Virus record (IMG/VR): IMGVR_UViG_3300037067_003400
Coordinates: 146,952-210,951 of that record
DNA from: a virus
Lineage: Duplodnaviria; Caudoviricetes
Strand: one strand, 5' to 3'
DNA: 64,000 nt
Shown here: positions 1 through 7,292 of the stretch, piece by piece
Layout of the letters: every line of letters starts with the position of its first letter
How positions within the stretch are numbered: the first letter of the stretch is position 1
The notes under the pieces: model-generated
Databases searched by the model: none
Told to the model about the DNA's origin: nothing
The model's input: only the letters and a program-made list of their open reading frames with translations
Program-made: the position numbers and the translations under genes

Positions 1-370
1 CTTTTATTCTTAGGGTTCCATCAGTTTGTATTTTTACTTCACCTTCTGGTGTAGATACTGGAGCTTCTAAGTTAAGTAAAGATGTTAAGGCTGTTTTAGT
101 TGTCCAATATTTGTTGATAACATTAGCCCCTACTGCTAGAGATGCTGTTACATCTGTTGGAGCTGTAGTTGCTGGTATCCCATCAATCTCATAAGTCTCT
201 GTTAGAACAAGTCCGATAGTTGACCCTGCTACAGGGTTAGGGTTAGTGTATGCTGCCTTTATAGTCCAGCCCCCAGATTCCCATGTCGCTGTCACTCCCT
301 GAGATAGAGAGGGGAGCACTGAGAGAACCAAGAGGGTTAGAGATAGTAAAACGTTCTTCAGATATTTCAT
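1..370 (-). CDS. Secreted protein with signal peptide (3' end runs off the window; not in ORF track)
   Basis: ATG at 370 preceded by AAAGGA. Translates MKYLKNVLLSLTLLVLSVLPSLSQGVTATWESGGWTIKAAYT... and stays open to base 1. Confidence 0.75.
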   Translation of the reverse strand, partial: MKYLKNVLLSLTLLVLSVLPSLSQGVTATWESGGWTIKAAYTNPNPVAGSTIGLVLTETYEIDGIPATTAPTDVTASLAVGANVINKYWTTKTALTSLLNLEAPVSTPEGEVKIQTDGTLRIK

Positions 371-671
371 TGTATATTCCTTTCACGTGTGTTATTATAT
401 TATGTGTTGTTGTTTCAGTGGTACTAACTACTATCTTTAGGACAGCTCCTGGTGGAAGAGGATCCATAGATACAAATTTTAGAGTCTGTATTGAAGTCTG
501 GGTGTTGTTAGATATCTCTATGTCACAAGGATATTGATACATCCAGACCTCATAGTGTGAGCCAGCTACTAAAGTTTCATTGTAAAGTTCAACACCTACA
601 TCAAAGTTCACTTCATAGCAAAGAGCTGGTATACTTAATATTAATAAAAGTATAGTTAGTAATATTTTTAT
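243..671 (-). CDS. Putative secreted hypothetical protein; probable ATA start at 671 (track start GTG 611)
   Basis: In-frame extension IKILLTILLLILSIPALC-YEVNFD is signal-peptide-like and follows AGGAGA. Upstream in-frame stop at 681-683. Confidence 0.6.
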   Translation of the reverse strand: MKILLTILLLILSIPALCYEVNFDVGVELYNETLVAGSHYEVWMYQYPCDIEISNNTQTSIQTLKFVSMDPLPPGAVLKIVVSTTETTTHNIITHVKGIYNEISEERFTISNPLGSLSAPLSISGSDSDMGIWGLDYKGSIH

Positions 672-680
672 TAGAGTCTC

Positions 681-758
681 CTAAATCCTTTTGATAAGAT
701 ATATAGCAAGTGCTACTCCTACAACTATTAGAACTACAGTAAGTACTGTTGTTAACAT
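681..758 (-). CDS. 25-aa single-pass membrane peptide
   Basis: MLTTVLTVVLIVVGVALAIYLIKRI, preceded by AAAGGAGA SD. Confidence 0.6.
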   Translation of the reverse strand: MLTTVLTVVLIVVGVALAIYLIKRI

Positions 759-789
759 GTTAATCTCCTTTCTAAATTTCTCCTCCCTA

Positions 790-933
790 TTATTTACTTT
801 TTCTAACTCTATTAGGTAGTTTTCTACCACGGCTTGCATCATCCCAGTGTTTTACTTGAGCTTTTCCTCCTAAAGCTTTAGTCCCAGAACGGCTATGTGC
901 CCATTTTCTCTGTTGGTTGCTGCGATAAGGCGT
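790..933 (-). CDS. 47-aa basic phage protein with apparent ACG start
   Basis: GAGGTG SD, 6-nt spacer, ACG, then PYRSNQQRKWAHSRSGTKALGGKAQVKHWDDASRGRKLPNRVRKSK. Resembles small phage MP(F/Y)KSxxQR proteins. Confidence 0.6.
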   Translation of the reverse strand, partial: TPYRSNQQRKWAHSRSGTKALGGKAQVKHWDDASRGRKLPNRVRKSK

Positions 934-951
934 TAGTATCACCTCACTTTA

Positions 952-1027
952 TGGTGGAAGTTAGCAGATTCGAACTGCTGACCTATTCCTTGCAAAAGAA
1001 TTGCTCTCCCAACTGAGCTAAACCCCC
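952..1027 (-). tRNA. tRNA-Ala(UGC)
   Basis: GGGGGTT acceptor, anticodon loop TT-TGC-AA, T loop TTCGAAT, ACCA end; G3-U70 identity pair. Confidence 0.95.
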
Positions 1028-1032
1028 ATACT

Positions 1033-1116
1033 TGGTAGGGATGATAGGACTTGAACCTACAAGCTAAAAGCGACACGTTCTAAGCGTGTTATGTCTGCCA
1101 GTTTCATCACATCCCT
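1033..1116 (-). tRNA. tRNA-Leu(UAG)
   Basis: AGGGATG/CATCCCT acceptor, loop CT-TAG-AA, long variable arm, ACCA end. Confidence 0.93.
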
Positions 1117-1117
1117 A

Positions 1118-1191
1118 TGGAGCCCCATCTAAGAATTGAACTCAGGTCCACGGTTTACAAAACCGTTGCTTTACCACTAAGCTAAAAGGGC
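1118..1191 (-). tRNA. tRNA-Thr(UGU)
   Basis: GCCCTTT/ATGGGGC acceptor (one U-U mismatch), loop TT-TGT-AA, TCCA end. Confidence 0.92.
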
Positions 1192-1545
1192 GTCTTGTTT
1201 CTTTATATATTTATTTAGTACTGATTCTATTTCTTTAGAAAAGGTATCGAAGGTAGCATCTACTATACCAGTGCCTTCACAATATATACAGGTAACTGAG
1301 TAATGTCCAGCATGGCATTCTCCATGCCGCCATTTACTTTCATTACACTCAGGACACTTAACCTTTAGAGCTGGCATAATAGGGTGATCCTCTTGGTTAT
1401 ACATACTTAGTAATTCTTTAATTTCTGTTTCTAAGCTTCTTCTTACTAATCCACCTTGACAAGCGTCACAAGTTCTTGTATAAGAACCAGCCTCAACTAC
1501 TCCTGATATAACACCTGTACCATTACATTTACTACATGTTCTCAT
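1177..1545 (-). CDS. Zinc-finger protein with DnaJ-like CxxCxGxG repeats
   Basis: CSKCNGTG, CDACQGG, CPECNE, CIYCEGTG. Likely ATG at 1545 after GGGGGA. Confidence 0.75.
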   Translation of the reverse strand: MRTCSKCNGTGVISGVVEAGSYTRTCDACQGGLVRRSLETEIKELLSMYNQEDHPIMPALKVKCPECNESKWRHGECHAGHYSVTCIYCEGTGIVDATFDTFSKEIESVLNKYIKKQDALLA

Positions 1546-1561
1546 ATTGTCCCCCACTATT

Positions 1562-1635
1562 TGGATTCAGGAGAAGGAGTCGAACCTTCATTAAGTGGTC
1601 CAAGGCCACTTGTCCTGCCATTAGACTATCCTGAA
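1562..1635 (-). tRNA. tRNA-Gln(UUG)
   Basis: TTCAGGA/TCCTGAA acceptor, loop CC-TTG-GA, T loop TTCGACT, TCCA end. Confidence 0.9.
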
Positions 1636-1953
1636 TTAATCTTTTAATTCACTTACGTCAAAGCATACCATGCCAAGAGTTTCGAAGACTATATCTAAAC
1701 TAACAGAGTACGCTGATGCACTTAAATATAATTTACGATCTTCTATTAAAGTATAGTGCCCATTGGTAACATCTATTGGTATATCTATTACTCTTTGTAT
1801 ACTTGTATAGAAGTCATCCTTTGCAGTAAACTTATCTAAAGTGTCAACTATATCTTTTACTAAAGGTCTTAATATTTTCTCGTCTACTTGTAAGGTTAAG
1901 TCACCCTCAATAATTTTCTGGTCTATTATTGGCATTTGGTTTGTAAATTTCAT
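1636..1953 (-). CDS. Hypothetical protein
   Basis: 105-aa ORF coupled to the upstream gene (TAATG overlap). Confidence 0.7.
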   Translation of the reverse strand: MKFTNQMPIIDQKIIEGDLTLQVDEKILRPLVKDIVDTLDKFTAKDDFYTSIQRVIDIPIDVTNGHYTLIEDRKLYLSASAYSVSLDIVFETLGMVCFDVSELKD

Positions 1954-2243
1954 TAGAACTTACCAGGTGCCCATTCTTCCCACTGTCCATCAGGAATCTT
2001 TAAGTTATGTCTTCTATATTTAAGGTATCTTACTGGTAATCCACAGAATGGACAGTATCTGGGCATTCTCCACTCGATTGGTGTGCTATAGTATTGTTGG
2101 TCTGCTCCAGTATCCTGCTCTACACATCCTACTATATATTGTCTACCTTCTGTTGGTGTGGGGTCTGCTATTTTCCAATCACAGAAAGCCTCTTCACACT
2201 TACAGGGTTCTTTTTTATTTAGTTTGTTTGATTTCTTTCCCAT
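1953..2243 (-). CDS. Hypothetical Cys-motif (possible zinc ribbon) protein
   Basis: CKC...C and YCPFCG motifs; GAGGA SD. Confidence 0.7.
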   Translation of the reverse strand: MGKKSNKLNKKEPCKCEEAFCDWKIADPTPTEGRQYIVGCVEQDTGADQQYYSTPIEWRMPRYCPFCGLPVRYLKYRRHNLKIPDGQWEEWAPGKF

Positions 2244-2253
2244 TTAGTCCTCA

Positions 2254-2514
2254 CTAATCTTTCTTAATAAAGTCTCGTATTCTAATCTCTTCTTCACTCC
2301 ACACAACACCAGTGCCATTACATGTTCTACAGGTTTCAGGTAACGTTGAGCCTGTGCTCCAGTTATTACTTCCTATAGTCCTGTAAAATCCATTTGGTAC
2401 TGATTGGTGCCCTTTACAAACTGGGCATGTGTGTGGTATCTTCACTTTATATCCTGCAGATTTATTACGTTGATTAAAGTTCTTAATCAAAAACTTATTC
2501 ATCTCCCAGTGCAA
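2254..2514 (-). CDS. DnaJ-type zinc-finger protein
   Basis: CPVCKG...CRTCNGTG; exact start uncertain. Confidence 0.7.
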   Translation of the reverse strand: MHWEMNKFLIKNFNQRNKSAGYKVKIPHTCPVCKGHQSVPNGFYRTIGSNNWSTGSTLPETCRTCNGTGVVWSEEEIRIRDFIKKD

Positions 2515-2758
2515 TATACTTTAAGAAAACTTCTTCTGACATTCTACCAAGACTATCTAATGCGTCCAGTACTTCATCATCTTCAATCCACTCTCGGATT
2601 ATATCTTTTACTATTGTTTCATTCTCAAGTTTGTATTGGTAAGCTTTTTCTACAGCAACAGCTGTATTATCCCCTGCATATAAGTTAATACCTCTTATCC
2701 CATCAGTTGCCCAAGTCTCAGTCCAATCATCGGATTCAAGTATGTATACTTTAGTCAT
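2495..2758 (-). CDS. Acidic hypothetical protein (start revised to MTKVYIL)
   Basis: GGAGGA SD before ATG 2758. The track start at 2842 is only 4 nt from the promoter -10 box. Confidence 0.7.
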   Translation of the reverse strand: MTKVYILESDDWTETWATDGIRGINLYAGDNTAVAVEKAYQYKLENETIVKDIIREWIEDDEVLDALDSLGRMSEEVFLKYIALGDE

Positions 2759-2776
2759 GATATCCTCCAGTTGTGT

Positions 2777-2840
2777 AGGACGCTGCCCCTGGTTGGGGAT
2801 TAGTGGTATAAGTGCAGGGGCAGATTTAATAATCGTCCTC
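2777..2840 (-). ncRNA. Candidate structured leader or small RNA
   Basis: AGGACG/CGTCCT and CTGCCCCTG/CAGGGGCAG stems enclosing a C-rich loop; begins just downstream of a promoter. Confidence 0.45.
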
Positions 2841-2846
2841 ATTTAT

Positions 2847-2874
2847 ATTATACCCACTAATTATAGTTTTAACC
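2847..2874 (-). promoter_or_regulatory. Putative promoter GGTTAA-N13-GGGTATAAT
   Basis: Same spacing as the copies at 9225, 45496 and 55699. Confidence 0.65.
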
Positions 2875-2877
2875 ACT

Positions 2878-3138
2878 TTATCTAACCATACGACTTAAAC
2901 AATCTAACTTGTTATTTATAGATTTTAAAGTAGCTATTACTTCAGTAAGTAGGGTTCCTATAGTATTTCCTTCTTCATCATAAGGAACATATTTTTTAAC
3001 TATAGCCTGTTCTTGTTGGTTATTTACTGGGACTAATCCTTTTCCTCCACAACTTTTACAGTCTGCTTGTTTGCCTTTACATTCTGGGCAGGACTTAAAA
3101 AGTTTACTATTTAGTAATCCATTATTTAGCATAGTCAT
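2878..3138 (-). CDS. Small zinc-finger protein
   Basis: CPECKGKQADCKSCGGKG. Confidence 0.7.
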   Translation of the reverse strand: MTMLNNGLLNSKLFKSCPECKGKQADCKSCGGKGLVPVNNQQEQAIVKKYVPYDEEGNTIGTLLTEVIATLKSINNKLDCLSRMVR

Positions 3139-4000
3139 CTTCCTCCACTAACGAGAGTAGGTAGTTAGTATATATTACTGAGTTGTAGTTCATTGCTATT
3201 TTTTTAAGTTGTTCTTTACTTATGTAACCAAGTTTGTATGCTACTTCACCTGGGCAGCAAACAGGTTGCCCCTGTCTATGTTCTATAGTATGTACGAACT
3301 GACTGGCTTCCAAAAGAGAATCAGGTGTACCTGTATCAAGCCAGGCGAATCCTCTTCCCAGAAATATTGTATTAAGCTTTTTATATTTTAAGTATAAGTT
3401 ATTAAGATCTGTTATCTCAAGTTCTTGTCTATCAGAATAAGCTAATGATTTCACTAACTCTACTACATCTGAATCATAATGATATAAACCAGTTACAGCC
3501 CAATCTGATTTGGGATGTGTAGGTTTTTCTTGTATCTCTATAACACGTCCATCTATGTCTAATGTAGCTACACCGTATTCACTTGGGTCACTAACTTTAT
3601 ATAGGAATATAGTAGCCCCAGGATTATTATTAGCTTCTTTTATTTTGTCTGAGATACCATCTCCATAAAATATATTGTCACCAAGTATAAGTGTGCATGG
3701 ATTGTTTCCTATAAAGTTTTTTCCTATTATAAAAGCTTCTGCTATACCTCGTGGGTGTTCTTGAATAGCATAAGTTAGTTTTATACCTAATGCTTCTCCA
3801 GATCCTAATAGCTCATTAAACTTAGGAAGGTCTTGTCGTGTAGATATGATAAGTATATCTCTTATTCCCCCAAGCATTAGTATACTTAGTGGGTAGTATA
3901 TCATTGGCTTATTATATACTGGTAATAACTGTTTGCTAACTACTTTAGTTAGTGGGTAGAGTCGTGTTCCTGAACCTCCTGCTAATATGATTCCTTTCAT
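3122..4000 (-). CDS. rmlA: Glucose-1-phosphate thymidylyltransferase
   Basis: MKGIILAGGSGTRLYPLT...SKQLLPVYNKPMIYYP, LILGDNIFYG, EKP, ELEITD, GRGFAWLDTGT. Confidence 0.97.
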   Translation of the reverse strand: MKGIILAGGSGTRLYPLTKVVSKQLLPVYNKPMIYYPLSILMLGGIRDILIISTRQDLPKFNELLGSGEALGIKLTYAIQEHPRGIAEAFIIGKNFIGNNPCTLILGDNIFYGDGISDKIKEANNNPGATIFLYKVSDPSEYGVATLDIDGRVIEIQEKPTHPKSDWAVTGLYHYDSDVVELVKSLAYSDRQELEITDLNNLYLKYKKLNTIFLGRGFAWLDTGTPDSLLEASQFVHTIEHRQGQPVCCPGEVAYKLGYISKEQLKKIAMNYNSVIYTNYLLSLVEEDDYAK

Positions 4001-4009
4001 GATATTCTC

Positions 4010-4123
4010 CTAAATTACATTAGTAGATTTCTTGGCAGCATCCTTTGCTTTTTTTGCAAGCTTACGTTCTTTAGGTGTTTTCTTTAAAGCTTTACTGTCT
4101 CGTTTAATTGATTTTTCAGCCAT
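4010..4123 (-). CDS. 37-aa Lys/Ala-rich basic peptide
   Basis: MAEKSIKRDSKALKKTPKERKLAKKAKDAAKKSTNVI; AGGAGGA SD. Confidence 0.7.
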   Translation of the reverse strand: MAEKSIKRDSKALKKTPKERKLAKKAKDAAKKSTNVI

Positions 4124-4132
4124 GTATTCCTC

Positions 4133-4303
4133 CTAAGTTTTTTCAGTAGATGCTAATGTTGGGTTTCCATATATATTTCGTTCTTGTACTTTAGTAAGTT
4201 CGCCATCTACGTAGTATTTAATCTCGTTACCTTCTATCATCTGTATTAGATGAACCCATTTACCATCTATAAAATGCCATGTGTTAAGTTTTTCTATTAA
4301 CAT
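4133..4303 (-). CDS. 56-aa protein with LamG/ConA-like strand motif
   Basis: MLIEKLNTWHFIDGKWVHLIQMIEGNEIKYYVDGELTK...; AGGAGGA SD. Confidence 0.65.
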   Translation of the reverse strand: MLIEKLNTWHFIDGKWVHLIQMIEGNEIKYYVDGELTKVQERNIYGNPTLASTEKT

Positions 4304-4320
4304 AATATCCTCCTAATTAT

Positions 4321-4460
4321 ACACTGGGATAGGGAGTAGTCGCTCTACTTCCACCCAGTGTGTGCCCACATAAGTGGGGTTTTCAGACTGTATACCCGAA
4401 GGTATACAACTGTAGCACAACGCTCACGTCATGCTGTGTCCAGTTACCGAAGCTTCTGGA
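4321..4460 (-). ncRNA. Unassigned structured RNA with five consecutive hairpins
   Basis: GC-rich intergenic block. Stems at 4439-4460, 4414-4435, 4389-4408, 4365-4378 and 4321-4361. Two C-UUCG-G tetraloops on the minus strand. Confidence 0.65.
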
Positions 4461-4464
4461 GGGA

Positions 4465-4755
4465 TCAATTGTGAAAGGCATCTAATAGTACTCGTTGTCC
4501 CTCTTTAGAACTGAGTAATTTATTTAGAAGTCTTTGCGCTTTACATAGTTTATCCATGTCTAATGTTTTACCATTAGTATCTTCTTCTATGCCTTTTGCT
4601 ATTAGAGCATTTAGTTTATCTTTGTTCTTTTCTATATCAGCGTAGAATTGTTCATCTGTGTATTCATCATCTACACCAATTTCTATAGCAGGTTCCCCAT
4701 CCATAGAAATGAATGCTCCATATTTGCGTCTAAATTGATCTTCTGTTACTAACAT
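4465..4755 (-). CDS. Hypothetical protein
   Basis: 96-aa ORF with AGGA SD. Confidence 0.7.
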   Translation of the reverse strand: MLVTEDQFRRKYGAFISMDGEPAIEIGVDDEYTDEQFYADIEKNKDKLNALIAKGIEEDTNGKTLDMDKLCKAQRLLNKLLSSKEGQRVLLDAFHN

Positions 4756-4770
4756 TTTTACAGTCCTATC

Positions 4771-7089
4771 CTAAAACAAGTAATTTAAATCAAGTCTCAT
4801 TATAGTATTACCCTCTTCTGGGTCTATGTTAAACCTATCTGTTATACTTTTCTTTGTGACGGAGAATTGAATAAAATAATCTTTACTTAATATATAGTCT
4901 ATATCTATGTTAAAGTTACTATCTACTACTGGGGAACTCTGCGTCCACATCTTATTAAGTCCATAGTATACTTTGTAGGTGGTCTTGCTATTTGTTACAC
5001 ATGTAACACCAGCTCCTATTGAGTACTTAGACTCATTACAAAGTTCATCATTACTAATATTATAGTCTGTATATATAGAAGTCTTAGGTGTTATGTTCTT
5101 AGAGAGTCTATAGGTGGTGCCACTTATTGGAAGCACTCGCCCCTTTTTATTTTCTTTCCCATCAAAGGAGTTTATTCCCAGAGTGGCTACACCTAAATTA
5201 ATGTTAGCATTAATAGAAGTCTTAGCTGCTGGGGTTCCTGTAGTATCTGTAAGATGTTGTATTAGATAGTCTAACTTTATAAACTTGTTCTCTTTAGAAT
5301 ACTTTAAGATTCTACTATTATAATATATTCCAGTCTTAGGGTCTAACTTCTCTGAGTTATCTAATGTAGCTGTGCCACCTAATGCTTTAGCTTGTAACTT
5401 TAGTGAGTTATTCACATCAGTCTCTACTGCGTTAGTTTCTTTAGTGTTTACTGAAGAGCCAATAGTTATATCTTTTAATCCTAAGAATTCTTTAGCTAAT
5501 AGTCCATTGAGATTAAAGATTCTACCTGCTTGTCTGACATCTCCCTTTAGTTTATTGTCTGTCAAAAATGTCATCTTTAGTTTATCAGATAAAGTATAGT
5601 CAAATCCAAATGCGTAGTTTCTTTCGAAGTATTCTTCAGATTTAGCAAGATTGTATATGTTTCCAGTCATAGAGAAGTTCTTATATAGTGGAGCATTTAT
5701 ATTAATAGCTTCACTGTTAATTTCTTTATCTTCTATTGTTGCTCTCTTTATATCTGATTTAATAGCTACCTTAGTTAGGTCTGACTCTACGTGAATACTT
5801 GAAACTTTGTTCTTATAAGGTAGACTATCTTTATCTTTTACATACTTAGTATCAAGTAGATAACTAACTGATAGAGCTTTCCCGAATGTATTAGAGAAGT
5901 TTATTGTATTGGTTAAATAACTTAGTAGATTTTCTAAGTTCTTGTTATTATTAAAGTCGTCTATGTTTATATTAAAGTTAGTAGTCTTAGATGTATACCC
6001 TATACTATATTTAGACTGACTCTTTTTATTAGTTAAACTCTGGGAAGCTATGTTATATGCATCGAAACTTAGATACTTATTAGCCTGTAGTTTATAGGTC
6101 AGCTCTTTAGTGGAGCCCCCCAGGGTAGTAGTATTATTAGAATCGAAAGCAAACTTTCCCTGTAATAAGTTAACCCACCCTCCCAAGTTTACTCTACTAA
6201 TTCCTTTGTCTGTTATCTTAAGAAACTTGCTTTCAGCTAATTCATCTGTGCCTTTAGCTGAGTAGTATACTCCAAACTTTTTAGTATCTACTGTTATACT
6301 TTTAGATTCTTTGTTTCCAGTATTAGTTTTATTTTGTGCACTTGCTATATTAATAGTTAAATCTTTGCTCTTTACTTTTAAATCTACATTCCTACTACTT
6401 AGAGATTCTCCTTTATCATCATTTGTTTTCTTGTTAGAGAATGTAAGTGTAGTCTCTTTACTTAATTTAGAAGTAAGGTTTAAATTCTTTTCAATTATAT
6501 TATCTTTATCAGTTTCTGTTTTAGTATAGCCCATATCTATATCTAATATGCCAAGTGTAGTAGATAAGTCTTGATGCAACTGTCTACTCTTACTACCAGA
6601 AGCAGCTGTTAGTATTGGTTTAAGGTATGTCTTTTTATCCTGGGATAATATTATCGAACTATCTTTTCTGGTATCAGTTTCAGTTAGAAACCCAGAGAAC
6701 TTTACTTTGTTACCAAAGCTATTTGTTATATTAAATGTTCCTTCTTCTAATGTAAGACCTACATTGTTTGTAGTGCTACCAAAAGAAAGAGCAAGTGGAT
6801 TTGTTTTAGTAGCTACCTTTTCTGTGTTACACGTGTATTCCACTCGTATACTATCAGAAGCTTTTACTTTTGTTAACACTATTATCATGCCTGTGTCATA
6901 GTTTATACTATATTCTATATCTCTTCGTAAGGTTTTAATTCCTACGCTGACGGAATCACTCCCAGATACTATACTTTTATTTAGTGAGTAGACGTTAGAA
7001 GGTGTAGCCTTTAATACTTCTATAGTCTGTTGACAGTGGACTATAGATGCAAAAGCTAATAGTAGTAAGATTGTTAATAACCATTTCAT
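4771..7089 (-). CDS. Predicted outer-membrane beta-barrel protein
   Basis: Signal peptide MKWLLTILLLLAFASIVHC; alternating hydrophobic beta-strand pattern; C-terminal RLDLNYLF resembles a BAM beta-signal; N-terminal GSDSVSV...RDIEYSINYDTG module. Confidence 0.7.
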   Translation of the reverse strand: MKWLLTILLLLAFASIVHCQQTIEVLKATPSNVYSLNKSIVSGSDSVSVGIKTLRRDIEYSINYDTGMIIVLTKVKASDSIRVEYTCNTEKVATKTNPLALSFGSTTNNVGLTLEEGTFNITNSFGNKVKFSGFLTETDTRKDSSIILSQDKKTYLKPILTAASGSKSRQLHQDLSTTLGILDIDMGYTKTETDKDNIIEKNLNLTSKLSKETTLTFSNKKTNDDKGESLSSRNVDLKVKSKDLTINIASAQNKTNTGNKESKSITVDTKKFGVYYSAKGTDELAESKFLKITDKGISRVNLGGWVNLLQGKFAFDSNNTTTLGGSTKELTYKLQANKYLSFDAYNIASQSLTNKKSQSKYSIGYTSKTTNFNINIDDFNNNKNLENLLSYLTNTINFSNTFGKALSVSYLLDTKYVKDKDSLPYKNKVSSIHVESDLTKVAIKSDIKRATIEDKEINSEAININAPLYKNFSMTGNIYNLAKSEEYFERNYAFGFDYTLSDKLKMTFLTDNKLKGDVRQAGRIFNLNGLLAKEFLGLKDITIGSSVNTKETNAVETDVNNSLKLQAKALGGTATLDNSEKLDPKTGIYYNSRILKYSKENKFIKLDYLIQHLTDTTGTPAAKTSINANINLGVATLGINSFDGKENKKGRVLPISGTTYRLSKNITPKTSIYTDYNISNDELCNESKYSIGAGVTCVTNSKTTYKVYYGLNKMWTQSSPVVDSNFNIDIDYILSKDYFIQFSVTKKSITDRFNIDPEEGNTIMRLDLNYLF

Positions 7090-7292
7090 CTTGATATTAC
7101 TTCTGTAAATCCACCCTCTCCATTTGGTACCATTTCTACTACCATCTCAGTAGGTTCTACTGGTTGTGGTAGTTCCTCTGGAGGTACTGGTATTTCTACA
7201 GTAACATATGTTCTGTTTTTTAATCCAGTTAATCCTGTAAATTCTTTTGTAGCGTTCATAGTGTATCTAAACAGCTCCTGCGTATTTTCCAC
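7086..7292 (-). CDS. Hypothetical protein
   Basis: 68-aa ORF overlapping both neighbours; fills the gap. Confidence 0.6.
   Translation of the reverse strand: MENTQELFRYTMNATKEFTGLTGLKNRTYVTVEIPVPPEELPQPVEPTEMVVEMVPNGEGGFTEVISR

Noticed and set aside
285-305. Frameshift joining ORF 243..611 to the coding sequence at 1..242
   Set aside because: The second frame has its own SD, an ATG at 370 and a signal peptide, so it is a separate gene.
611-758. Stop-codon reassignment or TAG readthrough fusing 681..758 to 243..671
   Set aside because: Multi-kilobase ORFs are uninterrupted in code 11, TAG ends several genes directly at the next SD, and no suppressor tRNA is present in the window.
4321-4460. 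Group I intron or hammerhead ribozyme
   Set aside because: TACAGTCTG resembles the S element but has no upstream P7 partner and no interrupted gene. There is no CUGANGA/GAAA core.
4465-4755. ParD-like antitoxin
   Set aside because: Only a vague C-terminal resemblance (LIAKGIEE...GKT), and no adjacent toxin gene.
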